DNA of 64,000 bases from contig OX597816.1 in assembly GCA_951406725.2 (NCBI GenBank), positions 65,038,001 through 65,102,000 on the forward strand, in the 5' to 3' direction. A model generated the notes under the pieces. It did not search any database and was not told the origin of the DNA. It worked only from the letters and a program-made list of their open reading frames with translations. Each line of letters opens with the position of its first letter. Positions within the stretch are counted from its first letter, which is position 1. Made by a program: the position numbers and the translations under genes. Source of the DNA: Octopus vulgaris (lineage: Eukaryota). This document shows positions 51,480-64,000 of the stretch, one piece after another.

Positions 51480-52090
51480 ATAAAACTACCAGTAAAGTAG
51501 GCGCCAGTATATTTGATAGAGTAAGACAATGCTTTATAAGTATTTAAGATAACTTCCTCGAGTCAGAAGAAATCATTTCCTAAATGATTTTTTCGAGTTT
51601 AAACATTCTAGCTACTTCTGATTAATTAGACCTCATCGGTAAGATGCAAAACCTCGACTGTTCAATTTTAGATGGACTAGAAAAATATAACTTTCTTTAA
51701 AGCTAGTCTTTAAAGACAACACCTTCCAGAGATTGTATTATCGACACTGTCCAAAGGTAATAAACAACTGATCTTATGGGAATTATCTCCCTTGTTTGAG
51801 GTATTCTTTATATTTTAAACACATGTCCGTGAGATATCGTATCCAGTATTGCTTCAGAAAACTCAGATAATCTATGTTTTTCCACTCATTATATTACTTT
51901 AAATTACGTATACGAGGCCTTACTGCTGCAACACATCCAAGTCATTTTTCTCAGCAGTATTTTCCATCTATATATAATTAGCATCACTACACTTTCTCTA
52001 TTTGTATATACCATGGCATCGACCAGAGTGTCGTATGTTGCTAAACTGGTCTGCTCACAATACGCCTCGAATTTTTTGCTTTCGAATGAT
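51480..52090 (-). pseudogene. possible Penelope-like RT remnant
   Basis: Weak Y.Q..G.PMGS-like remnant at ~51770-51815. Heavily decayed. Confidence 0.3.
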
Positions 52091-52274
52091 GGACGGGTGA
52101 GCAGACCTATATATGGGTGCATATGTGTGTGTGTGTGCACGCGCGTGTATGTGCGTGTGTCTGTGTGTATGTCTGTGCATGTGTGAATTTTGACCTATAA
52201 ACGTACGCGCATACAAACGTGTCTGTGTGTATGTATATATATATATGTATATGTATATCTTATATATATATACA

Positions 52275-52372
<98 letters not shown>

Positions 52373-52412
52373 GTACATATATATATTATATATATATATA
52401 TATACATATATA

Positions 52413-55212
52413 GGTCCTGCTGTCATATTCAAACTCAGTATGTGAAACTCAAATTGTACACATAAGACAACTGAATATCGTCATATGCACTACATATCGC
52501 CCACCAGACGCCCCAAAACACTCAGGCATGTTTGAAGACTGCCTAACAAAAATAGGAGAAGTCCTCACCAACCTTGAACAGCACAACAGTGTATTCTTCA
52601 TGGGTGACTTTAACCTCCCCAATGTGGAATGGCCTGGGGGGCAGATGCTCCCAGGGATGACACACCATCAGCAGGCACAGGTGGAGTCCCTGCTCCATCT
52701 CACAAATACCTCTTTCATGGAGCAAATAGTTCTGCAACCAACAAGGGCAGATAATATACTGGATCTCTGCTTCACAAACAATATGGATATTATCCATAAT
52801 GTTAATGTGATGCCGACAATGATCTCGGATCACAACATAATAGAGCTGTCTATGTATGGAACAAAAGCCCCCGCAGACACACAGCCTATACGAAGCACCC
52901 ACCATCTCTACAACTTAAACTTTCATAAAGCCAACTGGAAGTCGATTGAGAAAGAGATCCTCAAACAGGATTGGCCTGAATGTCTCTCCACACCGGACAT
53001 AAACATGAAACACAAACACTTCATGTCCATAATACAAGCCATATGTGACAAATATGTCCCAATGTGCAGGGCCAGCACACACAAGAACAAAAACAGGATC
53101 CCTAGAGAAAGGAGGATTCTTATGAGACGACGGACAAGGATTGCAAACCGCCTGAGCAAGCACACCAAAAGTGGTGAGAAGTCTCGGCTCGAAAGAATGC
53201 TAATGGAAACTGAGAAAAGTCTACATCAGTCCCATGAAAAGGAGAGAGCAGATAAAGAAGCTTGGGTAATAGAAAATATAAAATCAAACCCTAAAGCTTT
53301 CTTTAAGTTTGCCAAAGAGACAGCCACAGTGCACCAGAGAATAGGACCTCTCTTCCAAAAAGATGGCTCTCTCACAGGAAATCCCACGAGGATAAGTGAA
53401 ATACTGAACGAACAGTTTCAAAGTGCGTTCACTACACCTCTAGGACACAGGCAAGTAAACAACCCAGAATTCTTTGCCACTTTACCAGCGGCCAAAGAGA
53501 CAAAAATTGAGTACATCAACATCGAAGAAGATGATATCACACTAGCCATTGATGAGATTGACACAAACTCAGCTGCTGGACCTGATGGATTCCCAGCGAT
53601 CCTTCTCAAATCGTGCAAACGAGCCCTTGCAAAACCGCTACAGCTTCTTTTTCAGAGCTTTCTTGCAAGTGGTAAGCTCCCAGTCAAACTGAAAGAGGGG
53701 GAAATATGCCCTATCCATAAGGGAGGTAGCAGAGCAGATGCTAAAAATTATAGGCCTATCTCTCTGACCTCACACATCAGCAAAGTCATGGAACGAATAG
53801 TCCGTAAGAAACTAATCATGTTCCTTGAAGAAAATGACTTACTGTCTGACACCCAGCATGGATTTCGACCAGGTAGAGGCTGCCTAACACAGCTCCTGCA
53901 ACACTATGACTGGGTGTTGAAACAGCTACTAAATGGCTCAAATGTGGATGTAATATATCTTGACTTTGCAAAAGCCTTTGATAAAGTCGACCATGGTATG
54001 ATCTGTCACAAACTGCGTGGTCTCGGCATAGGCGGGAAACTTGGAGAGTGGCTGCACAACTTCCTAAAAGACAGAAAACAGGCAGTTGTGAGCAATGGAG
54101 CCACCTCCAGGGAAACGCAAATAACAAGCGGTGTCCCACAGGGCACTGTCTTGGGGCCACTGATGTTCATAGTGGCCCTTTCAGACATGCCTTCAGTTGC
54201 TACGATGACCACCCTTGCTAGCTATGCAGATGACACAAAAGTCTCCCACGCAATACAAAACCCTGAAAATATTGCGCATCTGCAACATGAGCTGGACACA
54301 ATATACAGGTGGGCTGAGGACAACAACATGCAGTTTAATGCAGGTAAGTTCCAGGCCCTGCGCTACTGGCACACAAAGGTAAATGACGTGAAGACTGGAT
54401 ACACTGGCCCAGGAAGAATTGCAATCCCTGAGTCAAAATCAGTGCGTGACCTGGGCATTGACATGAGCAATGATGCATCTTTCCAAATGCATATTGCTAA
54501 TCTGGTGATAAAATGCAGACGGCTAGCTGGATGGATTCTCCGAACTTTCAGAACAAGAGAGAAGGAGACACTGATGGTCCTATGGAAAACATTTGTCCTC
54601 AGCCGCTTGGACTACTGCTCCCAACTTTGGTCACCACACAATATAAAACAAACAGCAGAACTCGAAGCAACTCAGAGAAGCTACACAAAGAAAATCGTCT
54701 CAATGCAAAATGTCAGCTACTGGGAAAGACTGAAGGTATTAAACCTCTTCTCCCTGGAGTGGAGGCGGGAGAGATATGCAGTGATATACATCTGGAAAAT
54801 CCTGGAGGGTCTTGTCCCAAACTTTGGCATTCAAAGTTACTCCAACCGCAGAACGGGCGCCGCTGCGTGGTGCCAAGGATTCCAACATCACCATCAAAAT
54901 ACAGGTCCAGATACTGCAGCAGCTTGGGTTTCAGAGGACCACAGCTCTTTAACATCCTCCCTAAATGCCTGAGAGACTTACATGGTGTGGATGTGGGTTT
55001 CTTTAAAACTAAACTGGATCTCTTCTTGTTGGGAGTCCCAGATGAACCTACCTCACGACAGGAGACACGGATGCGGGCAGCAGCATCGAACTCCCTTGTT
55101 GATCAAGTGCCACGTATCAGAGGTGGATTCACAAACTAGTGTAGCTCGTTCAGCGGTGGTGCCCCAGCATGGCCGCGGCCTTCGGGCTAAAACATTTTTA
55201 AGGATTTAAGGA
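52413..55212 (+). mobile_element. CR1-group LINE, 5'-truncated, young, inserted in (TA)n
   Basis: Sharp GC shift. Reading frame is open from 52414. Short 3' UTR ending (TTTAAGGA)2. (TA)n on both sides. Confidence 0.93.
52528..55139 (+). CDS. LINE ORF2: C-terminal half of apurinic endonuclease + reverse transcriptase; one frameshift near 54856
   Basis: YRPP, MGDFNLP, PTR..NILDL, SDH (APE). GPDG, NYRPISLTS, QHGFR, YLDFAKAFDKVDH, SGVPQGTVLGP, YADDTK (RT). The C-terminus continues in the 54513-55139 frame (GRRCVVP...GPQLFNILP...VPDEP). Confidence 0.9.
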
Positions 55213-55214
55213 TA

Positions 55215-55279
<65 letters not shown>

Positions 55280-55349
55280 AATAATATAATATAAATATAT
55301 GCATATATACATACATATATGTACATACCTACATATATATGTAGGAGTA

Positions 55350-55835
55350 GCTGAAACAGGGACAACAGATGAACGGAGAGGGTGTTCTTTATGTTGCATG
55401 TCTCTTTCCTCTGTTTTTTTTGTTTTTCGGTGTTCGAAGGATGGTTCGTTTTCTATGTTTTTGTTTTTATGTTTTCGTTTCTCATTGGGCCTACGTTTTT
55501 TTTGTCCTGTACCCATATATGCATGTATACATACACACATATATATATATATATATATATAATAACAATTTAATAAATATAACATATGCATACATACATA
55601 CATATATGTGCATACCTACATCTATATGTATATATACATGCATATATATATATATATATGAGTACAGGACACCACAAATAAACGTAGAACACAACTAGAA
55701 ACGAAAACATAAAAACAAACAAGGAAACGGACTTTTTTTAACAACGAAAAAACAGAGTACAAGACAAACAATACAAGGAATATTCCTCTTCATCAGCTGC
55801 CCCTGGTTCGACTCAATGCGTCTTTCGAAGGTAAG
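55350..55835. mobile_element. two family P5 terminal fragments, tail-to-tail across a microsatellite
   Basis: 55350-55525 (+) and 55660-55830 (-) are diverged inverted homologues (TTTTTATGTTTTCGTTTCT vs AGAAACGAAAACATAAAAA). Confidence 0.7.
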
Positions 55836-55841
55836 GGCAGA

Positions 55842-55878
55842 TTTCTGGCTCTATATAAAATATACTCTGCCTCATCAG
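55842..55878 (-). ncRNA. hammerhead core (stem II + both conserved boxes), stems I/III not evident
   Basis: Minus strand: CTGATGA-GGC-AGAGTATATTTTATATAGA-GCC-A-GAAA. Confidence 0.45.
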
Positions 55879-56113
55879 TGAGAAATTCGGATCTGAGATT
55901 ATCCAAACAGTTTTTGCTAATTTAATTATCTTTTTGTCTTTTCACCTTGTGCTCTACGAATATATACAGTAGTTTTGACTGCTCTCTCTAACATGGTGGT
56001 ATCTCTTAGATACCCTTAATTATAATTTTAATAATAATTAATACCTATAATATTTTTTTATTCCCATGCCGGTCACTTGATATGATCGGTATTTTAAATA
56101 ACGATCGTATTCT

Positions 56114-56186
<73 letters not shown>

Positions 56187-56267
56187 ATACAAAATAAGCA
56201 ACAAGAATATCGTCGGTAATTTGGTACGATCGTTATATATGTGTATATATATATATGTGTGTGTGTG

Positions 56268-56315
<48 letters not shown>

Positions 56316-57206
56316 TAGACTCACATACATATATATACATATATATATATAGGGAGAGAGAGGAAGAGAGAGCACCTTCAATCTCAGAGTGACGGTTAGG
56401 CTATCCTTCACAGATGAGTCTTGCATTGTTTCTAATGATCAAACTCACCACTCTCTTTGTAACTTATATTTTCTGTTAATTGCTTAACACTTAATGATTT
56501 AATGCTGTTTTGTACTCGCTCTGTTTTTGAAACTGGATTAGATAATGTCTCATCACTATGAATGAATTTAATTATTTACAATGTCTCGGCTTAGTACAAT
56601 TATACTTTCCCGCCCTACTTACTGTTAACTTTTAATGGAATAGCCCTGCACATTAATGCTCTTACGATTCTCTTATAAAGCTCTGAAAATATTTCAAGCA
56701 CAAATAATTTAAGCTGTGAAAAAGAGGACATTTCGTCCATTAGGCGTAGGAAATATAATATGAATAGTAAAGGAGAAATGGTTTTTATAGAGTAGACATA
56801 ATCAGGTCAAACATCATGTAAATAATTATAAGATACTCTGTTCTTAGTTATTGACGATCAAGTATTACTCATCTGTTCTCATCATCGTCGTCGCTGTAAT
56901 CACTCCGTATCGCCGTCACCGCTGCGCCGCCGTCGACGTCCTTTTCGCTCTCACCATATTTCTCCTGTTTCCTCCACAGCTTCGTCGGCTCATTGTCATC
57001 ATCGTCGTCGTTGTTGCAGATCCATTGTAAATGATTCCGGCAAAACGTTTTTGTCTTTATTGCATGCATATTTTATTTCTTGCTTTTTCGATGGAGTGAC
57101 AAGCCTTCTACAGAAAATTTGAAATACCACTGGAACCATCCAAGAACTGTCGAATGTGCTGCGCAAGACAAAGTAACTATCGTAAAGAGAACAAGAGGGC
57201 TTTTAG

Positions 57207-57252
<46 letters not shown>

Positions 57253-57329
57253 CAGATGAATATGGTACTTAATTTGAGGCACCAGAATTTAATACGGTAT
57301 TATCCATACAATTTCAAAGTAAGATGATT

Positions 57330-57480
57330 AAAATCAAAATAAGCAACACGGATATCCAGAGGTAATGAAGTACGATCGTTGCATGCAATTCCATCTAATT
57401 GAACAATGCAATTATTACATCAATTTAAAATGTAGACCAATTTTCAGCTGCACAAAGACATAGAATTTAATTAAATTAGA
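57330..57480 (+). repeat. unclassified dispersed repeat, also at ~56190-56235 and ~61345-61500
   Basis: CAAAATAAGCAACA.G.ATATC...GGTA...GTAC.AT.GTT is shared by three loci. Confidence 0.65.
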
Positions 57481-57586
57481 ACAGATGGACACATTAGTAT
57501 AATTATACCTAAAATCTCCAAGAAGTTAAGGAGATAGAAAAAAAAAAAAACAGGTTCCCTCTACTTCAGCATAGAAGTAACTAAAA

Positions 57587-57763
57587 TTATCAAGAAGACT
57601 CTACCTGTCACTGTTTTTTTGTTTTTATGGAGTCAGTTTTAATTTATAGACTAGTTTATCAAATCCCTTAGACATACAAGGTATTTGATAAACTAGTCTA
57701 TAAATTAATACTGACCCCATCAAAACAATAAAAAAACAGTGACAGGCAGAATCTTCATGATAA
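57587..57763. repeat. 177-bp hairpin (78-bp arms)
   Basis: Includes the perfect match TAATTTATAGACTAGTTTATCAAAT / ATTTGATAAACTAGTCTATAAATTA. Confidence 0.92.
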
Positions 57764-58119
57764 GGACAGACAAAGGTATTCATTGATTACATGGACCCCA
57801 ATGCGTAACTGGTACTTAATTTATTGACCCCGAAAGGATGAAAGGCAAAGTCGACCTCGGCGGAATTTGAACTCAGAACGTAACGGCAGACGAAATACCT
57901 ATTTCTTTACTACCCACAAGGGGCTAAACACAGAGAGGACAAACAAGAACAGACAAACAGATTAAGTTGATTTTATCGACCCCAGTGCGTAACTGGTACT
58001 TAATTTATCGACCCGGAAAGGATGAAAGGCAAAGTCGACCTCGGCGGAATTTGAACTCAGAGCGTAACGGTAGACGAAATACGGTTACGCATTTTGCCCG
58101 GCGTGCCAGCTCACCGCCT
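57764..58119 (-). mobile_element. SINE family S1 tandem dimer
   Basis: A full unit (58119-57899) is followed by a second unit restarting at GTATTTCGTCTGCC. Confidence 0.88.
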
Positions 58120-58859
58120 GATAGTGCATAAATATTCACACACTTGCTCTATTGTTATTGGTAAATATATGAGTGCCTGTCTTTTCTGAATAATGGATTC
58201 TTAGACGATAGATGTTTATGAAGAAATACAGATGTATTTGAGCTAACGAATTGTCAGAACACAGTAAACTTTCCCTGAAGCAAATAGCGATGCATAATTT
58301 AGGCCGATATTAAATAATATTTTTTTTAAGTAGTAATTTACAGACGAAGAACGAATCTATAATATAATGGCACAAACACACGACAAATTATAAACGACAG
58401 GGAACACACTGTAAAATATAATTATTGGAGTTTAGAGTCACTCTAACATCATTTATTCCCCAAAGAGTCCATAAAAGTATTATGCATAATGCGAATGCAC
58501 ATGTGGAATATATATGAAGGAAATAATGATAGAAATACTGCAGCGTTATCTTTTCACAAATACAACGAGTTACACGCAGTATTTGCCCCCAAACTACACT
58601 CTGAAACGTATTGGCTAAATGAATATGCGCAGTGAACGTGCGCTCACACACAGCAGAGACACACACGCACATATACACATTGACACATAGACAGATTCGT
58701 CAATAGGTTTATTTAGATATGGATGAATGTGTATATATGTGTATGAAATATTGTATGTTTCCGTTGAATGGGTTCCAACAAGATATATACACACATGTAA
58801 ATCTGATGTATACATATATGCGTGTGTGTGTGTGCGTGTGTGTGTGTATGTATCTCTCA

Positions 58860-58891
<32 letters not shown>

Positions 58892-59320
58892 GTGTGGGGG
58901 GGGTGTTCATATATATATTTTGTGTACATATAAATATATATAGATGTATGTGTGTATATATTCATATATTTATGAGTGTGCGTGAGTTATGTGTGTCTGT
59001 GTGCAGATGTGTGTATGTGAGTGTGCGTGTGTGAGTGTGTGTGTCGGGGAGAGTTAGAGCGAGGAAGAGAGAGATAGAGAGAGAGAAATGTATAGGATAG
59101 TATGAGAGTAGAGAAAAAAGGGCACAAAAGGGATGATATAAACATAGACAAAGAATCAGTGATTGTATACTTATAGAATCATATGAATTCATATCCATTA
59201 CAGATATCAGGAAATATATATATCTATACATGTGTGTGAATGTGTGCATACATGAATGTACAAATCTACTTTTACTAACATAAAGTTCGCTTATAATTAC
59301 ACATAGGTATGTGCTTTTTA

Positions 59321-59728
59321 TATATATAAATTAGAAAAAATCACCTTTTATCAATTAAAAATTAAAAATTAAACTACGCCATCTACAAAATTACATATAA
59401 TAGAAATATTAAATATAAGATAAAAAATAATATACCGATGATTAAGTACTGTGCAAAATAATAAATAAAACGTATATATTTGGTAGAATAACGACACGTG
59501 TTATCATTATTACTTTTACTATAATCATTTCTTAAATATAGCCACGAAACACGTGTCGTTATTCTACCAAATATATACGCTTTATTTATTAGTTTGCACA
59601 TTACTTAATCATCGGTATATTATTTTTTATCCTATATTTAATATTTCTATTATATGTAATTTTCTAGATGGTGTAATTTAATTTTTCATTTCGAATTGAT
59701 AAAAGGTGTTTTTTTCTAATTTATATAT
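59321..59728. mobile_element. family P3 fold-back palindrome with half hammerhead at the centre
   Basis: 59321-59502 is inverted against 59548-59728. Centre AGCCAC-GAAA-CACGT-GTC-GTTA. Homologous to 37150-37345. Confidence 0.9.
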
Positions 59729-59803
59729 AATATATTTTGTGAAATTTGATTTAGTATTTCTAAATTGAATTTTTCCCTGTAAGTTTGGAATAATATTCCC
59801 TCA

Positions 59804-59970
<167 letters not shown>

Positions 59971-60080
59971 TAACTATATGTAAAAATATGTGTGTATATA
60001 TGTGTATATATATGACTATATATTTTAGAAATACTAAATTTCTAAATCTCTCGTAGAGACATGTACGGTGGTGGGGCGAG

Positions 60081-60375
60081 AGAATGGTTGTATAATGTCA
60101 ATCTAACACGAACGTGACAGAAGGGGGGTACACCACCGCTATTTAGCCCTAGGAAGCATCGACGCCTCTTGATGGCTTTGACACATTTTTCCTGTGTCCT
60201 TATATACATTTACGAAGGGGAGACAAATACCCCTTATTCTAGGCCGACGAAGGACAATCATCCTGAAACATGTGTCAAAGCCATCAGGAGGCGTCGATGC
60301 TTCCTAGGGCTAAATAGCGGTGGTGTACCCCCCTACTGTCACGTTCGTGTTAGATTGACAGTATACAACCATTCT
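60081..60375. mobile_element. fold-back palindrome (family P6) with hammerhead-like motif at 60244-60276 (+)
   Basis: 60081-60186 is inverted against 60270-60375 with few mismatches. CCGACGA-AGGA-CAATCA-TCCT-GAAA-CATGT-GTC. Confidence 0.88.
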
Positions 60376-60452
60376 ATATATATTTACATATATATATATA
60401 TATGTATGTATGTATATATGTATATCTATATATAAATATATATATTTACACG

Positions 60453-60511
<59 letters not shown>

Positions 60512-60555
60512 TCATATACATGTGCATAGTATAATATATATATATATAGATAGAT

Positions 60556-60615
<60 letters not shown>

Positions 60616-60678
60616 GCCGAGAGGTAGAGATATTGATCAATAGGTAGATATATAGATAGAGAAAGAGAGAGAGAGGTG

Positions 60679-60728
<50 letters not shown>

Positions 60729-60805
60729 TAGATAGATATATAGATAGATAGATAGAAAGATAGATAGACACAGTAGTACAAAAGTGCATACAAACGTATA
60801 TGCGC

Positions 60806-60849
<44 letters not shown>

Positions 60850-61297
60850 GTACACCGGCGTGTATGACTTACTTTCCTCTCTTTTTTTCAATGCTTGCCC
60901 CAGTCATGTTGATCTTTGTTAGCTTCCTAAAACAACTAAATCAAATTTATACCAAGAATATTATGATTTTTTTATTATTCGTTTCTGTGCACAATATTCA
61001 CTTTACATCATGTTTCTCAAATCATTTTTCTTTCACCTGAAATCGAATAGAGCACGTGTGATATCATCAAAATATAATAATGCTGCATAATAATAAAATA
61101 TATGTTCTCTGTTCTTTATGAGGAGACGTGTGTTAAAATTCAGAATGGTTGTTGCTTTATGCTGTTTTCTTAGTTATTTCTTGTTTTTCTGGGTGAATAG
61201 GGAATAATGGTCAGGAACAAGGGAAAAGTAATCCTACACACGCACACACACTCACGCACATGTATGTGGGTCTGAGCGGGTATGCGTATGTGTATGA

Positions 61298-61332
<35 letters not shown>

Positions 61333-61962
61333 AGTGTGTATACATAATCAAAATAAGCAACAAGTATCTCCAAGGTAGAGTAGTACAATTGTTTCATGCT
61401 ACTTCATTTTATTAAACACTGTAAGTATTACATCAGTTTTAAAATGTCGAGCAATCTGCAGCCACTTATAGAATTTTCCAATTAAACGGACAATGCACAT
61501 TTTTATTCCTATTTCATTTGCCAACATTATAAAGAGGGTAAATATATAGACGGAGAGGTTGATTTCATTCTTAAGAACATGGTAGTAGTATGTTCACTCT
61601 CCGTCTGTAGATTTTATCATTGACTTCACTTTGTTATTTAGATCTGTCAGTGGGGAGGGGGTTTTATTCGTGGTTGAATGGAGACAAACAAGAATTTTTT
61701 TCTTTTTATAGATATAGGAAGGGGGTAGTACAAATGCCAAAACCATAAACCCATCCCCATTTTGAGGAATTCAGTTTAGATATATTTGATTGTATTATAG
61801 CAAAAAGCTAGTAGGTTGAAGTTAGAGGGGTAGGGGGAACAGAGGCTACTAATGCTCTGGAGGTTTACAATGTCCCTTACCATTTAACAGCCAGATTCTA
61901 TATTAAGAAATTTACAAAAGGATTTCAATAAATATTAATATTTTATATAGGGATAGAAACTA

Positions 61963-62470
61963 TAGAAATCATTTCATATTTATATAAATATATATATATC
62001 CATTAATATAGAATCATAATTAGCTAGTAAATGGTGATTTATCTTATTAATGAGTTGAATTAAAAGAAAAAGGTTAGACATAATATTTACTAACTGTTGA
62101 AGAAAACTTTATCAATTTAGCACATATATCAGGAGTCAATAAGATATATTAAAAGTGATGTAAGGGAGGTAATCAAGATGAACCAAGTAATTTCTCTAAA
62201 TATATAGAAGTTTTTGAAATCATTTCATATTTATATATATATATATATATATATCCATTTCTATTAATATAGAATCATAATTAGCTAGTAAATGGTAATT
62301 TATTTTATTAATGAGTTGAATTAAAAGAATAAGTTAAACATAATATTTACTAACTGTAGAAAAAAACTTTATCAATTTAGCAAATATATCAGGAGTCAAT
62401 AAGATATATTAAAAAGTAATGGAAGGGAGGTAAGCAAGATGAATCAAGTAATTTCCCTAGATATATAGAA
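61963..62470 (+). repeat. tandem duplication of a ~255-bp unit
   Basis: GAAATCATTTCATATTTATATA...TTAATATAGAATCATAATTAGCTAGTAAATGGT...CAGGAGTCAATAAGATATATTAAAA occurs twice. Confidence 0.92.
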
Positions 62471-62984
62471 TTCTCTGCAATCCTTTGTGGCTGTAATACC
62501 ATGAATGCTTCTGATTAACGCTTTTGTTCCCAATATACCCTATTGCATTTTGGGTGATAGACATTAGTGAAACACGTGGTAGTTTCACAGTACCGATTTG
62601 AATGTTGAACAGACGCGTTAAGGTTGAATTTATTGGTATGATAATATATAGCAGTTCTAGGTTGTGTGCGTTACGGTATAGGCTATTGGTATGTTTTAGA
62701 ATTGTGTCTTGTCCCACGATGATGAGTGAATTACGGCCAAGTTGTATTTAATATCTCTCATAAATAATAGCAGTGGACTCGGAGATTTCATTGTATTAGT
62801 GTGGGTCGTGTGAGGAGCAATTATCACTTTATGGAAGTTTCACAAGTTAATTGATTTTGGTGGCTTGATGATGTTTTGCGAGTGGTCACAGTGGGATTGA
62901 GAGTGACGTCACCATTTAATGGGGTTGTAATTTTAGTTAGCAGATCGTTAGAGATGTTGAGAGGCGGAGAAAAATTGTTTTTGT

Positions 62985-63110
62985 TTCTACTACTACTACT
63001 AGTAGTAGTAGTAGTAGTAGTAGATGTTGGTGATGATGCTGATGAGGAGTGTGGTGGTAGTGGTGTTGATGATGATGATGATGATGATGACGATCATGAC
63101 GAGGAGGAGA
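62985..63110. repeat. (CTA)n/(GTA)n/(GAT)n trinucleotide block
   Basis: Direct reading. Confidence 0.9.
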
Positions 63111-63551
63111 ATATTGGATGGATTGCCATAGTGACGCATGTGGGAATTGCAAAGAGGGAAAATGTACTGTACCACTAGATGAAATGGATTAATCGCTCGG
63201 GAAAATCACGAGGTCATTCAGATCAGTGCTACATAGAGCTTTGCCCCTGTTGCTGGCATTTATTTTCTTTTTTGTCTTCGGTGCAATTTAATTTCTTTTT
63301 GTTTTTGATTTTGTTTTGTTTTTTTTTTGGTTTTGTTTTTGTTTTATTTTGTTATCCTTTGACATGTTGCTGCTGCTGTTCCGCAAAGAGAATATTTAAT
63401 AGTATTTTACTAAATGATTTTAACTAATTGAAAGCTTTCCAAAATTTCCTTTAATTTCTTTTCAATTTGCATTGCTGAAGTGTAACAATATGTTACACTA
63501 GATTTTTTTGTTATATTTTTTTAAGGTTGTAATTATAAAACAAAGCACTCT

Positions 63552-64000
63552 TATGAACGAATACCATGCCTATAACAAACATAACGGCTTATAAAGTGAA
63601 ATTAATATCCTGACCACTGCCTAGATGGCCTTTTCGAAATCACTACTGCATATACATGTCATGTTTCAGTAAATGCATTTGCCATATTCTGAACGCCTTT
63701 CTTCCCTGGGCATGGATACATTGAAACTCCGACGTCTGGCAACTGACATGGCAGACACCCATACAATTATTAACCATCTTACAAACAATAACTCTGAGCC
63801 CCTTTTCAAACTCCGCATGTCTAACACCCGTGGACATGTTTACAAAGTCAGAAAACAGCTCAGCTCCCATGCAACACTATTACTGAAACATGACATGTAT
63901 ATGCAGCAGTGATTTCGAGAAGGCCAGCTTGGCATTGGTCAGGATATTAATTTCACTTTCTACGCAGTTATGTTTGTTAAAGGCATGGTATTCGTCCATA
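63552..64000. mobile_element. MITE-like inverted repeat (~120-bp arms) enclosing a CR1-type LINE fragment at 63673-63871 (+)
   Basis: 63552-63672 is inverted against 63880-64000. The insert translates to HLPYSERLSSLGMDTLKLRRL..D...NTRGHVYKVRKQ. Confidence 0.85.

Noticed and set aside
52543-54955. Minus-strand ORFs overlapping the LINE
   Set aside because: Antisense shadows of ORF2 with no independent motifs.
55785-55830. Permuted (type II) hammerhead from GAAA preceding CTGATGA on the minus strand
   Set aside because: Stems I and III cannot be formed.

Overview
AT-rich, microsatellite-saturated animal non-coding DNA. It is most likely Octopus, inferred from recognisable cephalopod tRNA-derived SINE families and the TA/CATA/GATA/TAA repeat load. 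No host protein-coding gene can be supported, and nearly all ORFs in the track are microsatellite translations. The window is a mosaic of transposable elements. These include a young 5'-truncated CR1-type LINE (52.4-55.2 kb), a nest of R4/Dong-type LINE pieces in (TAA)n tracts (19-31 kb), RTE remnants, several Tc1/mariner remnants, a non-autonomous Helitron, hAT remnants and many SINEs. The most striking signal is a dense set of short (TA)n-anchored elements carrying type I hammerhead ribozyme (HHR) motifs, from at least five families. They resemble Penelope-like terminal repeats or non-LTR retrozymes. Many are arranged as long fold-back palindromes, and in three of them the inversion junction falls at the ribozyme's stem III/GAAA. 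One family has ~345-360 nt tandem monomers, and one of its loci (48030-48627) carries a hammerhead on each strand. About a dozen fold-backs of 180-1900 bp occur in 64 kb. All calls were made by eye, so coordinates are approximate and no activity is demonstrated.
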